Of a stretch of DNA of 64,000 nt, positions 29,306-38,878 are shown piece by piece (positions within the stretch are counted from its first letter, which is position 1; every line of letters starts with the position of its first letter). A program made the position numbers and the translations under genes. Under the pieces are notes generated by a model that saw nothing but the letters and a program-made list of their open reading frames with translations, was not told the origin of the DNA and did no database searches. The stretch is from an uncultured Candidatus Saccharibacteria bacterium. GTDB lineage: Bacteria > Patescibacteriota > Minisyncoccia > Phycocordibacterales > GWA1-40-21. The stretch is from NCBI GenBank assembly GCA_964567825.1, contig CAZMNX010000001.1:34775-98774 (forward strand). Direction: 5' to 3'.

Positions 29306-29722
29306 ATGCCTCACACCTTCAATATTTTCCCCGAATTATTTTCTTTTTCTCTAATTGCACCAAGTATTTTAAGGGTTATTTTGGGTTTGCTCTTTCTCAA
29401 CCTAGGCTCACTTAAGCTCGGAAAAGAGCGATCGGGATGGGTATCCTCGTTTAAGCTTTTAAATATTCACCCAGCCGGATTCTTCACTGGTCTACTGGGA
29501 ATTGTTGAAACAGTTGGTGGCTTTTTACTGATAATCGGTGCTTATACCCAGCTTACCGCTTTAATTTTGTTAATCATTTCAATCTGCGAACTAATGATCG
29601 AGTACCGAGAAGAATCAGTTCTCAAAAGAGATTTTGTTTTCTACTTACTACTAGCAACCATTTGTGTCTCACTTCTACTCACCGGTGCCGGTTTGTTTGC
29701 GGTGGATATTCCAATCCTATAA
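29306..29722 (+). CDS. DoxX-family membrane protein
   Basis: ILRVILG, E..GG.LL..G, GAG.FAVD. Confidence 0.8.
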   Translation: MPHTFNIFPELFSFSLIAPSILRVILGLLFLNLGSLKLGKERSGWVSSFKLLNIHPAGFFTGLLGIVETVGGFLLIIGAYTQLTALILLIISICELMIEYREESVLKRDFVFYLLLATICVSLLLTGAGLFAVDIPIL

Positions 29723-29785
29723 AAACGTAAAAGGTCCGGCGCGATGTGCTCGCGCCGGACCCCTCCCTAACCTCCACCCAGACTC

Positions 29786-30220
29786 TTACTCTGTCTGGTA
29801 TTCCTCGATGATTGTAATGAACGAATACCGCTTGACCCCATAGGCGTAACCACGCATGATGTCCCTCATCCCCCGATACTCTTCGCGATAGCCGAAGTTG
29901 AACGAGAAACGATTGTACCACCAATAGTAGTACCAGCCTTCAGTCTGCACGAACTCGCGCCAAGCCTGCGGGTTGAACTGGACGAGTTTTGCACTGTAGC
30001 CCCGCCCCGCTGAAGTTATTGCCACTCGCATAGGCCGAGTGTCAATTCGTGTCACCCACACCCAAGGGGCCGACACGTGCCATCCGCCTCGTTCTTGTAA
30101 CCACATCTTGCCATTGAACCAATTCCTGGCAAGGCCAACCTGAGTGAGGTCGGTGTAGTTCAGAAAAGACAGATAGAAAAGCAGGACAAAGGCCAGAACG
30201 GCCACAATCTTCCTTTTCAT
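29786..30220 (-). CDS. GC-rich single-TM hypothetical protein (paralog of 30217-30768)
   Basis: Start MKRKIV at 30220 overlaps upstream stop (ATGA); IDTRP and AKLVQFNP motifs. Confidence 0.7.
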   Translation of the reverse strand: MKRKIVAVLAFVLLFYLSFLNYTDLTQVGLARNWFNGKMWLQERGGWHVSAPWVWVTRIDTRPMRVAITSAGRGYSAKLVQFNPQAWREFVQTEGWYYYWWYNRFSFNFGYREEYRGMRDIMRGYAYGVKRYSFITIIEEYQTE

Positions 30221-30768
30221 TTTCCACTTCCGACCGAGGCGGTAGGCACACCAGCCTGACTCGGCGCAAGCTCTTTGCCGACGATGAGAAACGGGCAATC
30301 CCGCCCAGCTTCACTGTCAAACGCGTAGCACCGAAGAATTTCCGCCAGGTCGTTACGGCTGTCTCCAGCCTTCCGACCATGCCAGCGCAGAAAAACGTCG
30401 AGGCCCTTCGGATCAAACTGCACAAGCTTGGCATTCAGTACCCGGCTGCTTATGCTGCCGACACCCCCACCACCCGACGACGTTCCGTTGAGCCCGCCAG
30501 TGATCTGCACCTGAATTGGGCGTAGATCGATCGCGTGCACGCTGTAATGGAACGGATTGCGGATGAAGTAGCCGGTGCGATCAAGATGCTCGATCTCTCC
30601 GGTGTACTTGTTGAAGGTGAACGGAAATTCGTAGTTGTCCACGAACGTCACGAACACGACCCGGAAGAACAGCAAAGCGATGAGCGCAACGCCCAACGAA
30701 ATGCCGCCCCAGACCAGGACGCCCGACAGGCTGATGCGAAAACGAAACTTGCTCGATGTATCATTCAT
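30217..30768 (-). CDS. GC-rich single-TM hypothetical protein
   Basis: Start MNDTSS with SD GAGG; IDLRP and AKLVQFDP motifs. Confidence 0.7.
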   Translation of the reverse strand: MNDTSSKFRFRISLSGVLVWGGISLGVALIALLFFRVVFVTFVDNYEFPFTFNKYTGEIEHLDRTGYFIRNPFHYSVHAIDLRPIQVQITGGLNGTSSGGGGVGSISSRVLNAKLVQFDPKGLDVFLRWHGRKAGDSRNDLAEILRCYAFDSEAGRDCPFLIVGKELAPSQAGVPTASVGSGK

Positions 30769-30868
30769 CTCGAACCTCTTAGTTTTGACGAACACACAGA
30801 TCTCTTGGCGAAATACCAAGTTTAATCTCCGTCGCAAGGTTATCACACAATAGACTATTTGTCAACTG

Positions 30869-30941
30869 TCCGCCCAGTTGGAATCGAACCAACGACCTTC
30901 TCCTTAAAAGGGAGCTGCTCTACCAGCTGAGCTATGGGCGG
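30869..30941 (-). tRNA. tRNA-Lys(TTT)
   Basis: Cloverleaf, anticodon loop CTTTTAA, T-loop TTCGATT. Confidence 0.92.
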
Positions 30942-31003
30942 ATTGAAAAGAATATAACAAGAAAAAACCCAAATGTCCAATAATATTCCGACTATACAAT
31001 ATC

Positions 31004-31046
31004 AAAAAAGAGGCCGGTGGTGGGAATCGAACCCACACACCGCCTC
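31004..31046 (-). terminator. Terminator hairpin capped by a tRNA T-arm (minihelix-like)
   Basis: GAGGCGGTGT-GTGGG-TTCGATT-CCCAC-CACCGGCCTC-TTTTTT. Confidence 0.6.
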
Positions 31047-31092
31047 CCATATTTGTTCTCCACCTCCAAACTAGATGTCTGTCGAGCCCCGT

Positions 31093-31947
31093 TCAGCCAA
31101 CGCCGACCATAACCTCCTGTGGCGGGAACGACGTCAGCATCCAACCCGCCCGGAGGCCAAGTGAGGACGTCTGCTCGCCATCGAGCATCTTCTCGACCAC
31201 CCCCGCCCAGAACAGATCGGCGGCCAAGTCACTGCGAGTTCGCGCGCGTTCCATGGCGACCAGAACCTTCCTGACGTAACCGATGGAGTGCGAAGCCACG
31301 AAGGCATTCATACCCGTCTTGTCGTTCATGAAGGGAATCTCGGCTTTGGCATCGTCCCGAATCTGAGACGAAACGTTCCAGAGTGCCCGCAGAGCTGGAT
31401 CATCGATCGTCGCCATTTCGGCTTCGCCCTCTTCGAGTGGCGAATCCACGTCAAACGAAGCTTCGGCCGCCGTTCCGCTGTCGCCCTTCAGAGCTGCAGT
31501 CACCTCATCCAGAAAGTTCGGATGGGGATTCTTCACGTCACCACCGAACTGACCGAATAGCCCGTCCTTCTTGGCGAACACCCGGAACCCAGAGCAGATC
31601 ACTCCCTGGTCGAAGATGCCGCGCATGGCCGGCAACTCGCGCAAAATGCATTCCCAAGCGAAACGCATCAGCAGGTTGCCGTCCTCCCTCGCCCGCTGCG
31701 CGCTCTGAATCCGCCTGCCGAACTCGCCGAGATTGGGCAGACTGATCAGGCCGCCGGACAGCGACTCCATCACTTTCTCGCGACCGTAATGGTAGAACGC
31801 CCGCCCCATGGGATCGGTCAGGACACCGATCTCCTCGTAACCCCCTGGGGCCTCTGTTCTATTGACAGTGCAGATCTCCGACGGGACGTGCCCGTTCAAA
31901 ATCTCACCCACCAAAACGAACGCCGACTTACTCTTGCTTGTGCTCAT
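31093..31947 (-). CDS. GC-rich hypothetical protein, two-domain family shared with 9425-10333
   Basis: Start MSTSKS with SD AGAAAGG; DPMGRAFY, DLFWAGV, LGLRAGW. Confidence 0.7.
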   Translation of the reverse strand: MSTSKSKSAFVLVGEILNGHVPSEICTVNRTEAPGGYEEIGVLTDPMGRAFYHYGREKVMESLSGGLISLPNLGEFGRRIQSAQRAREDGNLLMRFAWECILRELPAMRGIFDQGVICSGFRVFAKKDGLFGQFGGDVKNPHPNFLDEVTAALKGDSGTAAEASFDVDSPLEEGEAEMATIDDPALRALWNVSSQIRDDAKAEIPFMNDKTGMNAFVASHSIGYVRKVLVAMERARTRSDLAADLFWAGVVEKMLDGEQTSSLGLRAGWMLTSFPPQEVMVGVG

Positions 31948-32050
31948 GGCACTGCCTTTCTGGTCCAATAATGTGGACCGATTGACTAACCAACAACCGA
32001 ACAGACATCAAAAAACTACTAAACCTAAAAAGGAGATTAGCACGAATAAT

Positions 32051-32692
32051 CTATTGTGTCAAAGCGGCATCAATCTGGGCTTTAAGAGTTTGCAGATCCG
32101 TAACCTCTACCCCATTTAAAAGCAAAAAGGGTGTGTAGTCCAAAGCCAAAGCCTTGGCATCATTCAAATCAGCCTGAATAAAATCAGCAAATTTCTTTTG
32201 ATCAATATCGGCTTTAAATTTTACAATGTCTAAACCAACAGTTTTAGCGTAACTCACAAAAAGAGCCGTCGGATCTTTTATCTCGGCCCAATCATTTTGA
32301 TTTTTGTAAAGTAATTCACTCATTTCCCAATATTTACCCTGAGCATTTGCCGCCTCAGCAGCTTCGGCTGAAGGAAAAGCATTAATGTGTTGAGATAATG
32401 GAAAATTACGATACACAAAATTAAAATTGGGGTTGGTTTTATAAGAATCGGCAATTTGTTTTACAAAAGGTGAAACCGTAGCACAGGCTGGACATTGAAA
32501 ATCACCAAACTCTACTAAGGTAACTTTCGCTGTTGTTGTACCAGTCATGTGGCTATTTGGTCTAACCAACAAACTAAGGTCGCGGGCCTTACCATCATTA
32601 GGCTTCGGAGCAAACCAAATAAAAGCTCCGAGTAAAACTACGCAGATAACGACAATGCCAACAATCATTTTTACTTCACTATTTATTTTCAT
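32051..32692 (-). CDS. dsbA: DsbA/BdbD-like thiol-disulfide oxidoreductase
   Basis: TM anchor; VEFGDFQCPAC, YRNFPL, TP.LLLNG. Confidence 0.9.
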   Translation of the reverse strand: MKINSEVKMIVGIVVICVVLLGAFIWFAPKPNDGKARDLSLLVRPNSHMTGTTTAKVTLVEFGDFQCPACATVSPFVKQIADSYKTNPNFNFVYRNFPLSQHINAFPSAEAAEAANAQGKYWEMSELLYKNQNDWAEIKDPTALFVSYAKTVGLDIVKFKADIDQKKFADFIQADLNDAKALALDYTPFLLLNGVEVTDLQTLKAQIDAALTQ

Positions 32693-33098
32693 ATTTTCGA
32701 TAAATTAAAGTTAAACCGACAATAATAAGTGAAGCAATTAAAGATAAAAATGGAATGGTAATAATGCCGAACAGTTGTAAATCAACATCTGTACAAGAGA
32801 TGCCGTCTCGGCAGGGAACAAAATTTTCAGGAATCACTCCCCAATACAATAAATTATGAAAAAGGGCGACCAGAGTGGCCAAGATAGACAAGGGTAAAAT
32901 GTAGCGATAAGCTTTGGCATCCTTATAAATAATCGCCACGGCACTGATTACAACTAATGGGTAAACTAAAATTCTTTGATACCAACACAAAATACACGGT
33001 GCCCAGCCCAAAACATCGCTAAAATACAAGCTGCCCAGGGTGGCTAATAAAGAAAGGGCAAAAATCGAATATAAGCTATATTTTTTAATAAAAATCAT
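32679..33098 (-). CDS. dsbB: Disulfide bond formation protein DsbB/BdbC
   Basis: GSLYFS, PCILCWYQR, second Cys pair, TIPFLS. Confidence 0.92.
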   Translation of the reverse strand: MIFIKKYSLYSIFALSLLATLGSLYFSDVLGWAPCILCWYQRILVYPLVVISAVAIIYKDAKAYRYILPLSILATLVALFHNLLYWGVIPENFVPCRDGISCTDVDLQLFGIITIPFLSLIASLIIVGLTLIYRKYENK

Positions 33099-33132
33099 AA
33101 CCTTTTGATTATAACAGGTTTGAAAGATATGG

Positions 33133-33858
33133 CTAGATTCTGGCCAAAAAGACTTTTTCCAAAATTTTATCTCTCAAAATTTCCTCGCCAACACCGGTAT
33201 GTACCAAAACACCCTTATCCAAAATATATGCCCGATCAGTAATTGCTAAAATAGACTTTATATTGTGCTCTACAATCACAATCGCCATTTTCCTCTTCTC
33301 GTTTATCTCCCTTATTTTTTCAAAAACTTCCTTAACGACTTTGGGCGCCAAACCGAGCGACGGTTCGTCTAATAAAAGTAATTTTGGATCAGTAATCAAA
33401 CCTCGAGCGATAGCCACCATCTGCTGTTGCCCGCCAGATAAATTTCCGGTTTTTTCATTTAACTTCGCTTTTAAATCTGGAAATAAAGCTAAAACCTCAG
33501 CCAATCTTTCTTTTAAAATATCACGGTCGTTTATCGTAATGCCCCCGAGTTCTAAATTTTCCTTCACGGTCAAATATCTAAACACTCTTCGGCCTTGAGG
33601 CACAAAAGAAATACCCATTTTTACCACCTCGTGTGAAATTGGTTTAATCACTTGCTCGTGCCAAGAAACCTTTCCCTGAGCGGTTTCCACCAAACCAAAG
33701 ATTACTTTCAAAACGGTAGACTTCCCCGCCCCATTTGGCCCCATCAAGGCCACAATTTCCCCCTCATCAAAAGACAGCGAAACATCTTTCAGAGCATGCA
33801 CCCCGCCAAAATTTACACTGATGTTTTCGAGCCGCAGTAGTTGTTCGTTATTCCGCAT
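33133..33858 (-). CDS. livF: Branched-chain amino acid-type ABC transporter ATPase, LivF-like
   Basis: GPNGAGKS, VPQGRRVF..LTV.ENL, LSGGQQQM, DEPSLGLAP. Confidence 0.9.
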   Translation of the reverse strand: MRNNEQLLRLENISVNFGGVHALKDVSLSFDEGEIVALMGPNGAGKSTVLKVIFGLVETAQGKVSWHEQVIKPISHEVVKMGISFVPQGRRVFRYLTVKENLELGGITINDRDILKERLAEVLALFPDLKAKLNEKTGNLSGGQQQMVAIARGLITDPKLLLLDEPSLGLAPKVVKEVFEKIREINEKRKMAIVIVEHNIKSILAITDRAYILDKGVLVHTGVGEEILRDKILEKVFLARI

Positions 33859-33863
33859 AATAC

Positions 33864-34634
33864 CTATATCTTAACTTGCTTTTCTTCTTCAACCAAGTCC
33901 CAGATCAAATCAAACTTTTGCTTTTCACTAAAAGCGATCTCTTTGCTTTCTATCATTAATACCACGAGCTCTTTGCCTCCACCAAAAATAATCACTCGAT
34001 CATCGTATATTAAAGTTGAGGTATTATGATTATATTTTGTCGGCAAATATTTTACCTCTCGCAATTCCTTCTCGTTATTCTCCTGGCCTACCCACTTTTT
34101 TGTTTTATCAAATAGATCATCAAAAAAAATCCCCCTCATAGAAATATTCATCTTAACCCGCCTAGGTAGATAATGATTTAAGTCGTACTCCTCACTTACG
34201 ACCTGATGTAATTCTTTTAATGACCCAATATAACGTAAAACTGCGCCGGGCGTCTTTAGGCTGTCCTCAGCTACCACCTTAAAGGCCTCCTTACCTTCAT
34301 ACAAAACTATCTTTGGTTGATAAGGTTTACTGCTAGCTAAGGCTTTAAACTGAGGCAATAAACTAGAAAGCTCTTTGAGTCTTCGCTCTTCTCTGGTGAA
34401 AAACATCTCGGGTTTGGTAGCAATAAAGTGCAGGCCGTCTCTCATTTTTAAACTACCCATCAAACCCCTTGCCTCCAATCCTTTAAATGTTAAATAGGCC
34501 GTAGAACGCTTGATTTTAGCCCTTTTGGCGATAGCGGACATGCCGGATTCACCCAGCTCAAGACTGGCCAAATACAAAGAGGCCTCTCTTTCTTCTAGGC
34601 CGTAATCCACTAATTTTTTAAATAATTCTTCCAT
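33864..34634 (-). CDS. TrmB-family transcriptional regulator 1
   Basis: GL...EA.LY, IKRSTAY wHTH, YEG, ELREVKYL, IYDDRV, F..IW. Confidence 0.85.
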   Translation of the reverse strand: MEELFKKLVDYGLEEREASLYLASLELGESGMSAIAKRAKIKRSTAYLTFKGLEARGLMGSLKMRDGLHFIATKPEMFFTREERRLKELSSLLPQFKALASSKPYQPKIVLYEGKEAFKVVAEDSLKTPGAVLRYIGSLKELHQVVSEEYDLNHYLPRRVKMNISMRGIFFDDLFDKTKKWVGQENNEKELREVKYLPTKYNHNTSTLIYDDRVIIFGGGKELVVLMIESKEIAFSEKQKFDLIWDLVEEEKQVKI

Positions 34635-34805
34635 TGTCGTTATTTATGACAACAGTATATCACAGCCAATTATGTTGTAAAGCCCTTTATCCACAGCCTA
34701 TTTTAGAAAGTTAAAAAGTTTACTTTTATCGTATAGTCATATTTCGTGACTTATTGACAATTTCTATTATAATTACAGAGTTATTTAATAGGATAATTTA
34801 AAGAC

Positions 34806-35861
34806 ATGAAAAACAAAATAATTATAAGTATAGTCGCCATTGCACTAATAGTCTTTGGTTTTACAATACAGAGCACAAGAACAGAGACAGCTCCGATAAA
34901 AATCGGTGTTATTCTCCCTCTAAGCGGAGATCTGTCTTTTATTGGCGAGCCGGCTAAGTATGGCGCGGAAATGGCTTTGGAAAATTTCAAAGACACTAAA
35001 CATAAATACGAGTTGGTCTTTGAGGACGATCAGTTTGATGGAAAAAAAGCCGTCACAGCTGCCCAAAAACTAATTTCGGTTGATAAAGTAAATGTCTTGG
35101 TGACCTTTGGTTCATCCGGTGGTAATTCGGTGAAACCACTAGCAGAAACAAATAAAATTCTGCACTTTACTGTCGCCTCGGATCAAAAGATCGCTGATGG
35201 TAAATATAATTTTAACCATTGGACTTCCCCAAAAGAAGAAGTCACCACCATGGTGGCTGAACTTATCAAAAACAATATTAAAACTGTAAGTATTTTGACA
35301 ATGAACCAAGACGGTATGATTTCCACAACCAATGAACTAAAGGAGCAATTAAAAAATACTAATATTCGAATAATTGATGACGAAAAATTTAATGTCGGGA
35401 CAAGAGACTTCAGAACTTTAGCTGCTAAAGTTAAGCTAAATCAACCTGAACAGATCATCATGGTAAACTACTCTCCTGAGCTTGAGATACTTGGTAGACA
35501 AATACGAGAAACTGGCATAAAGGTTCCCATGACGTCCTTCGAGGGCTTAGACGCCACCACCGATCCAAAATTATTTGCTGGCTCCTGGTATTCTACCGCC
35601 AGTGATGTGACAGAAGCCTTTAAAAATACATTCAAAGCTAAGTATAGTGTCGCCCCAATAGTAGGAACGGGTAATGTTCACGACGTTATATCTATGCTTA
35701 TTACAGCGACTGAAAATGTTCGAGGTTCGGTCACAACAGAAAAAATCGCTTCGGAACTATTAAAAATAAAAGACTTTGACGGTTCTATCGGTCGTATCTC
35801 CATGGATCAGAACGGTTCAGTTGTATCTAAGGCAGTCATAAAAACTGTGGTAGCCAAATAA
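34806..35861 (+). CDS. LivJ/LivK-type (PBP1) substrate-binding protein 1
   Basis: N-terminal TM; IKIGVILPLSG, FEDD, KLISVDKV, DFRT, FDG..G. Confidence 0.88.
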   Translation: MKNKIIISIVAIALIVFGFTIQSTRTETAPIKIGVILPLSGDLSFIGEPAKYGAEMALENFKDTKHKYELVFEDDQFDGKKAVTAAQKLISVDKVNVLVTFGSSGGNSVKPLAETNKILHFTVASDQKIADGKYNFNHWTSPKEEVTTMVAELIKNNIKTVSILTMNQDGMISTTNELKEQLKNTNIRIIDDEKFNVGTRDFRTLAAKVKLNQPEQIIMVNYSPELEILGRQIRETGIKVPMTSFEGLDATTDPKLFAGSWYSTASDVTEAFKNTFKAKYSVAPIVGTGNVHDVISMLITATENVRGSVTTEKIASELLKIKDFDGSIGRISMDQNGSVVSKAVIKTVVAK

Positions 35862-35868
35862 GACACAG

Positions 35869-36672
35869 CTACTCCCGAAGCTCCCCATTCCCCCAGGCGA
35901 TCTCGAAGACCATTTTCATCATATCGTGAATGATTTGGTCTTCGATGATTACCCCGATAATATTTAGACCGCCAAGTTTTACAATTGAAACTTTATTTTT
36001 GCCATAAATAGTAATCTCGGCTTCATAAGGAAACTTTTCGGCTGGTATATAGCGTGCCTTGGGCCACAATTCTTTTTTTATATTCTCAAATACCTCTGGG
36101 CTGTAAGACCGATTCTCTGGTGTGTCAGGAAGAATCCCTCTGGTAGTAATATTCAAACGCTCCTTTGCTTTAATAAAAGCTTTCAACTGTATTGGGGTCA
36201 TAACATTTTTAAATTTATCAGCATTGGAAAAGGCCATCATCTCATAATTACCCTCTCGAGAAACTGCATCATTACAAATATTTAAAATAGTGTCTGGACC
36301 CTCGAAGAATAAAACTTTGGGACGATCGGCCATCAAAGAAAAGATTTCTTCAATATCCGGCAAGATTTTTTCGATTCTCTCTAAACTCGACTTAGCCATT
36401 TCAATTCGACTATTGGAATACTGGGCAAGTTTATGTGGTTTATCGATTTGATAAAATATTTTATTTCTTTTTTCTACTTCATTAACCAAACCTCGAACCG
36501 ATAGTGTGGCCAAAACATTATAAGTCGTGGCCCGCTTTAGGCCACAGTATTCAGCGATTCTGGAAGGATAGGCCCCACCGAGCTCAAGCAAGGACACATA
36601 AACCAAAGCTTCTTTGTCTGTAAAACCTGTACTTTCGAGTTTTTTAACTAGAGATTGATTCTTTATTTGCAT
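35869..36672 (-). CDS. TrmB-family transcriptional regulator 2
   Basis: KEALVY, LKRATTY, FFEG, IYGKNKV, FEIAW. Confidence 0.85.
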   Translation of the reverse strand: MQIKNQSLVKKLESTGFTDKEALVYVSLLELGGAYPSRIAEYCGLKRATTYNVLATLSVRGLVNEVEKRNKIFYQIDKPHKLAQYSNSRIEMAKSSLERIEKILPDIEEIFSLMADRPKVLFFEGPDTILNICNDAVSREGNYEMMAFSNADKFKNVMTPIQLKAFIKAKERLNITTRGILPDTPENRSYSPEVFENIKKELWPKARYIPAEKFPYEAEITIYGKNKVSIVKLGGLNIIGVIIEDQIIHDMMKMVFEIAWGNGELRE

Positions 36673-36888
36673 ATAAACAGTATATCAGGTGCCAAATTTA
36701 TTGTCAAACTAAACCGACAAAATAACCCACCTAGGCCTAAATCCTATTAAAATAAAGCTATTTTAGCCTTATTTGTCATTTGCTTCACCTAAAGTATTGA
36801 CAACCGTGTATACTTGTATCAGAACAAGCACGTTGAAATTTCGGTCAAAACAGGCTTATTAATTTAAAAATTAACATTTAAAACATTT

Positions 36889-37977
36889 ATGAAAAAATAT
36901 CTTGGAATTATATTAGCAATTATTGTCGTCATCGTCGGTATCCTAATCTTTAGTCAAAAAGAAACTAAATCACAAACGAGCGAGAAGCAAACGGTAAAAA
37001 TCGGTTTGAGTCTTCCCCTCTCTGGTGGTGTCGCCTTTCTCGGTGAACCAGCTAAGAAAGCAGCCGAGCTGGCCTTGAAGGATGCCGGCAAGACGAAATA
37101 CAATTATGAATTAGTTTTCGAAGACGATCAGTTCAGTCCAAAAATTGCCGCGAGCACAGCAAGTAAACTCATCAACGTGGACAAAGTTTTGGCGATAATC
37201 GAATTCGGTTCTGGTACCGGTAATGCTATCAATAGCATTGCAGAAAAGGGACAGACAGTTGAATTCGCTCTTGCCTCTGATCCAACGGTCGCTAAAGGAG
37301 TGTACAACTACGTTCACTGGACTCCGCCATTCAAGGAGGGACAATTACTGGCACAGGAGTTGATCCAGAGAGGATACAAAAAAGTATCAATTATTGATAC
37401 CAATCATCCCGGTCCTTTAGCGGTTACTGATGCAGTAAAAGAATTTGTAAAAGGTTCTGGTGTAGAGATTGTTTCTTATGATCTAACAAATATTGGAGAG
37501 AAAGATTTTAAAACAATTATTACTAAAATAAAGAAAGCTAACCCAGACATTGTTATTTTAGAGATGTTCTCACCAGAAATTGAAATCGCCGCTCGTCAAA
37601 TGAAAGAGTTGGGTGTAAATATACCCGTTACGTCAGTCGAGACATTTGAATGGAGCAGCAATCCGGAATTGTTTGAAGGTTCCTGGTTCGTCTCAGATTC
37701 AATCGTGCCGAACTTTACCGCTAAGTTTAAGTCAGCTTACGGCACCGATCCACAAGCCGGCTCATCTTACGTCTACGACTTGGTCAGCCTACTCATCAAG
37801 CTTCAAGAGAAATCGGACACCGTGATCGCGCCTAAAGATCTACCGGCGGCCATCACCCAAATGGGTGACTGGAATTCTCCGGTCTTTGGACAGGTAAAGA
37901 TCGACAGTGAAGGTTTCTTCATCACCGAACCATCGGTCAAAATGATCAAGGATGGCAAGGTTATCTCGGCCCAATAA
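36889..37977 (+). CDS. LivJ-type substrate-binding protein 2
   Basis: TM; VKIGLSLPLSG, FEDDQF, KLINVDKV, DFKT. Confidence 0.88.
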   Translation: MKKYLGIILAIIVVIVGILIFSQKETKSQTSEKQTVKIGLSLPLSGGVAFLGEPAKKAAELALKDAGKTKYNYELVFEDDQFSPKIAASTASKLINVDKVLAIIEFGSGTGNAINSIAEKGQTVEFALASDPTVAKGVYNYVHWTPPFKEGQLLAQELIQRGYKKVSIIDTNHPGPLAVTDAVKEFVKGSGVEIVSYDLTNIGEKDFKTIITKIKKANPDIVILEMFSPEIEIAARQMKELGVNIPVTSVETFEWSSNPELFEGSWFVSDSIVPNFTAKFKSAYGTDPQAGSSYVYDLVSLLIKLQEKSDTVIAPKDLPAAITQMGDWNSPVFGQVKIDSEGFFITEPSVKMIKDGKVISAQ

Positions 37978-37983
37978 GCCAAC

Positions 37984-38014
37984 AAAAAACCACCCGCATC
38001 ATGGGTGGTTTTTT
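37984..38014. terminator. Bidirectional terminator between SBP2 and livG
   Basis: AAAAAACCACCC..GGGTGGTTTTTT. Confidence 0.75.
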
Positions 38015-38015
38015 G

Positions 38016-38768
38016 TTACTTCCCCAAATACGCCTCGATGACTTCGGGCTTAGACAGGACACTCACGGGCTCACCCTCGGCCAATAGTTTGCCGCTATCT
38101 AAAACGATCACATGGTCGGACAGGTCGCGAATGAGGTCCATATTATGCTCGATCAGCACCACAGTTTTGCCCTGAGTCCGCAATTCCTTTAAAAGACCAG
38201 AAACGATTTGAATCATCTCGGGAAACAGCCCAGCAAAAGGCTCGTCAAAAAAGATCGTATGCAAACCATCATCTTCTCCCAAATCCATCGCCAACACTCG
38301 CCCGATTTCTAATAATTTCCTCTGCCCGTAAGATAGATTGTGAGCGAGTTCATTTCTTTTTTCCCACAAATTCACTTTTTTCAAAACTTGCTCGGCAATA
38401 TCCAGATGAAATTTTTTATGCTTTTCAAAAAGAGATCCGAAGACGCCCCTCGAAGTAATCACAATCAAAATATTGTCCAAAACCGGCATTTGTTCGAACA
38501 AACGCACGTCTTGAAAGGTCCTGGTAATGCCAAAACTGGGTATATCAAAGGCTTTGATTTTTTTCAAAACGGTATGCTCGCCCACTTTCACCAAACCACT
38601 ATCATACGGAGTAAAACCGGTCAGCAAATTCACCAAGGTTGATTTCCCCGACCCATTTGGCCCAATCACGCCGGTGATTTTTCCTTCGGGAAAAGAAATA
38701 GATAGACCGTCCACTGCCTTCACTCCCCCAAAGTGCTTCTTGATATTTTCTGTTTTCACAATCGGCAT
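38016..38768 (-). CDS. livG: Branched-chain amino acid-type ABC transporter ATPase, LivG-like
   Basis: FGGVKAV, GPNGSGKS, RTFQ, LSYGQRKLLEI, IEHNM, VIEAYLG. Confidence 0.9.
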   Translation of the reverse strand: MPIVKTENIKKHFGGVKAVDGLSISFPEGKITGVIGPNGSGKSTLVNLLTGFTPYDSGLVKVGEHTVLKKIKAFDIPSFGITRTFQDVRLFEQMPVLDNILIVITSRGVFGSLFEKHKKFHLDIAEQVLKKVNLWEKRNELAHNLSYGQRKLLEIGRVLAMDLGEDDGLHTIFFDEPFAGLFPEMIQIVSGLLKELRTQGKTVVLIEHNMDLIRDLSDHVIVLDSGKLLAEGEPVSVLSKPEVIEAYLGK

Positions 38769-38791
38769 TCATACAGTATAACAAAAAACCA

Positions 38792-38878
38792 TTGACAGCA
38801 AAATCACGTTTGTTATACTTTAACTACTTACGGCCTTCGGGCTCGGAACCACCTTTACAAGAGGTGGTTTCATATTTA
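38792..38878 (+). ncRNA. Putative sigma70 promoter plus small RNA antisense to the 3' end of the PemK gene
   Basis: TTGACA-16-TATACT, then GGCC-TTCG-GGCT and GAACCACCT..AGGTGGTTT hairpins. Confidence 0.5.

Noticed and set aside
31010-31046. Possible additional tRNA gene
   Set aside because: Only a T-arm and a stem are present; no D or anticodon arm
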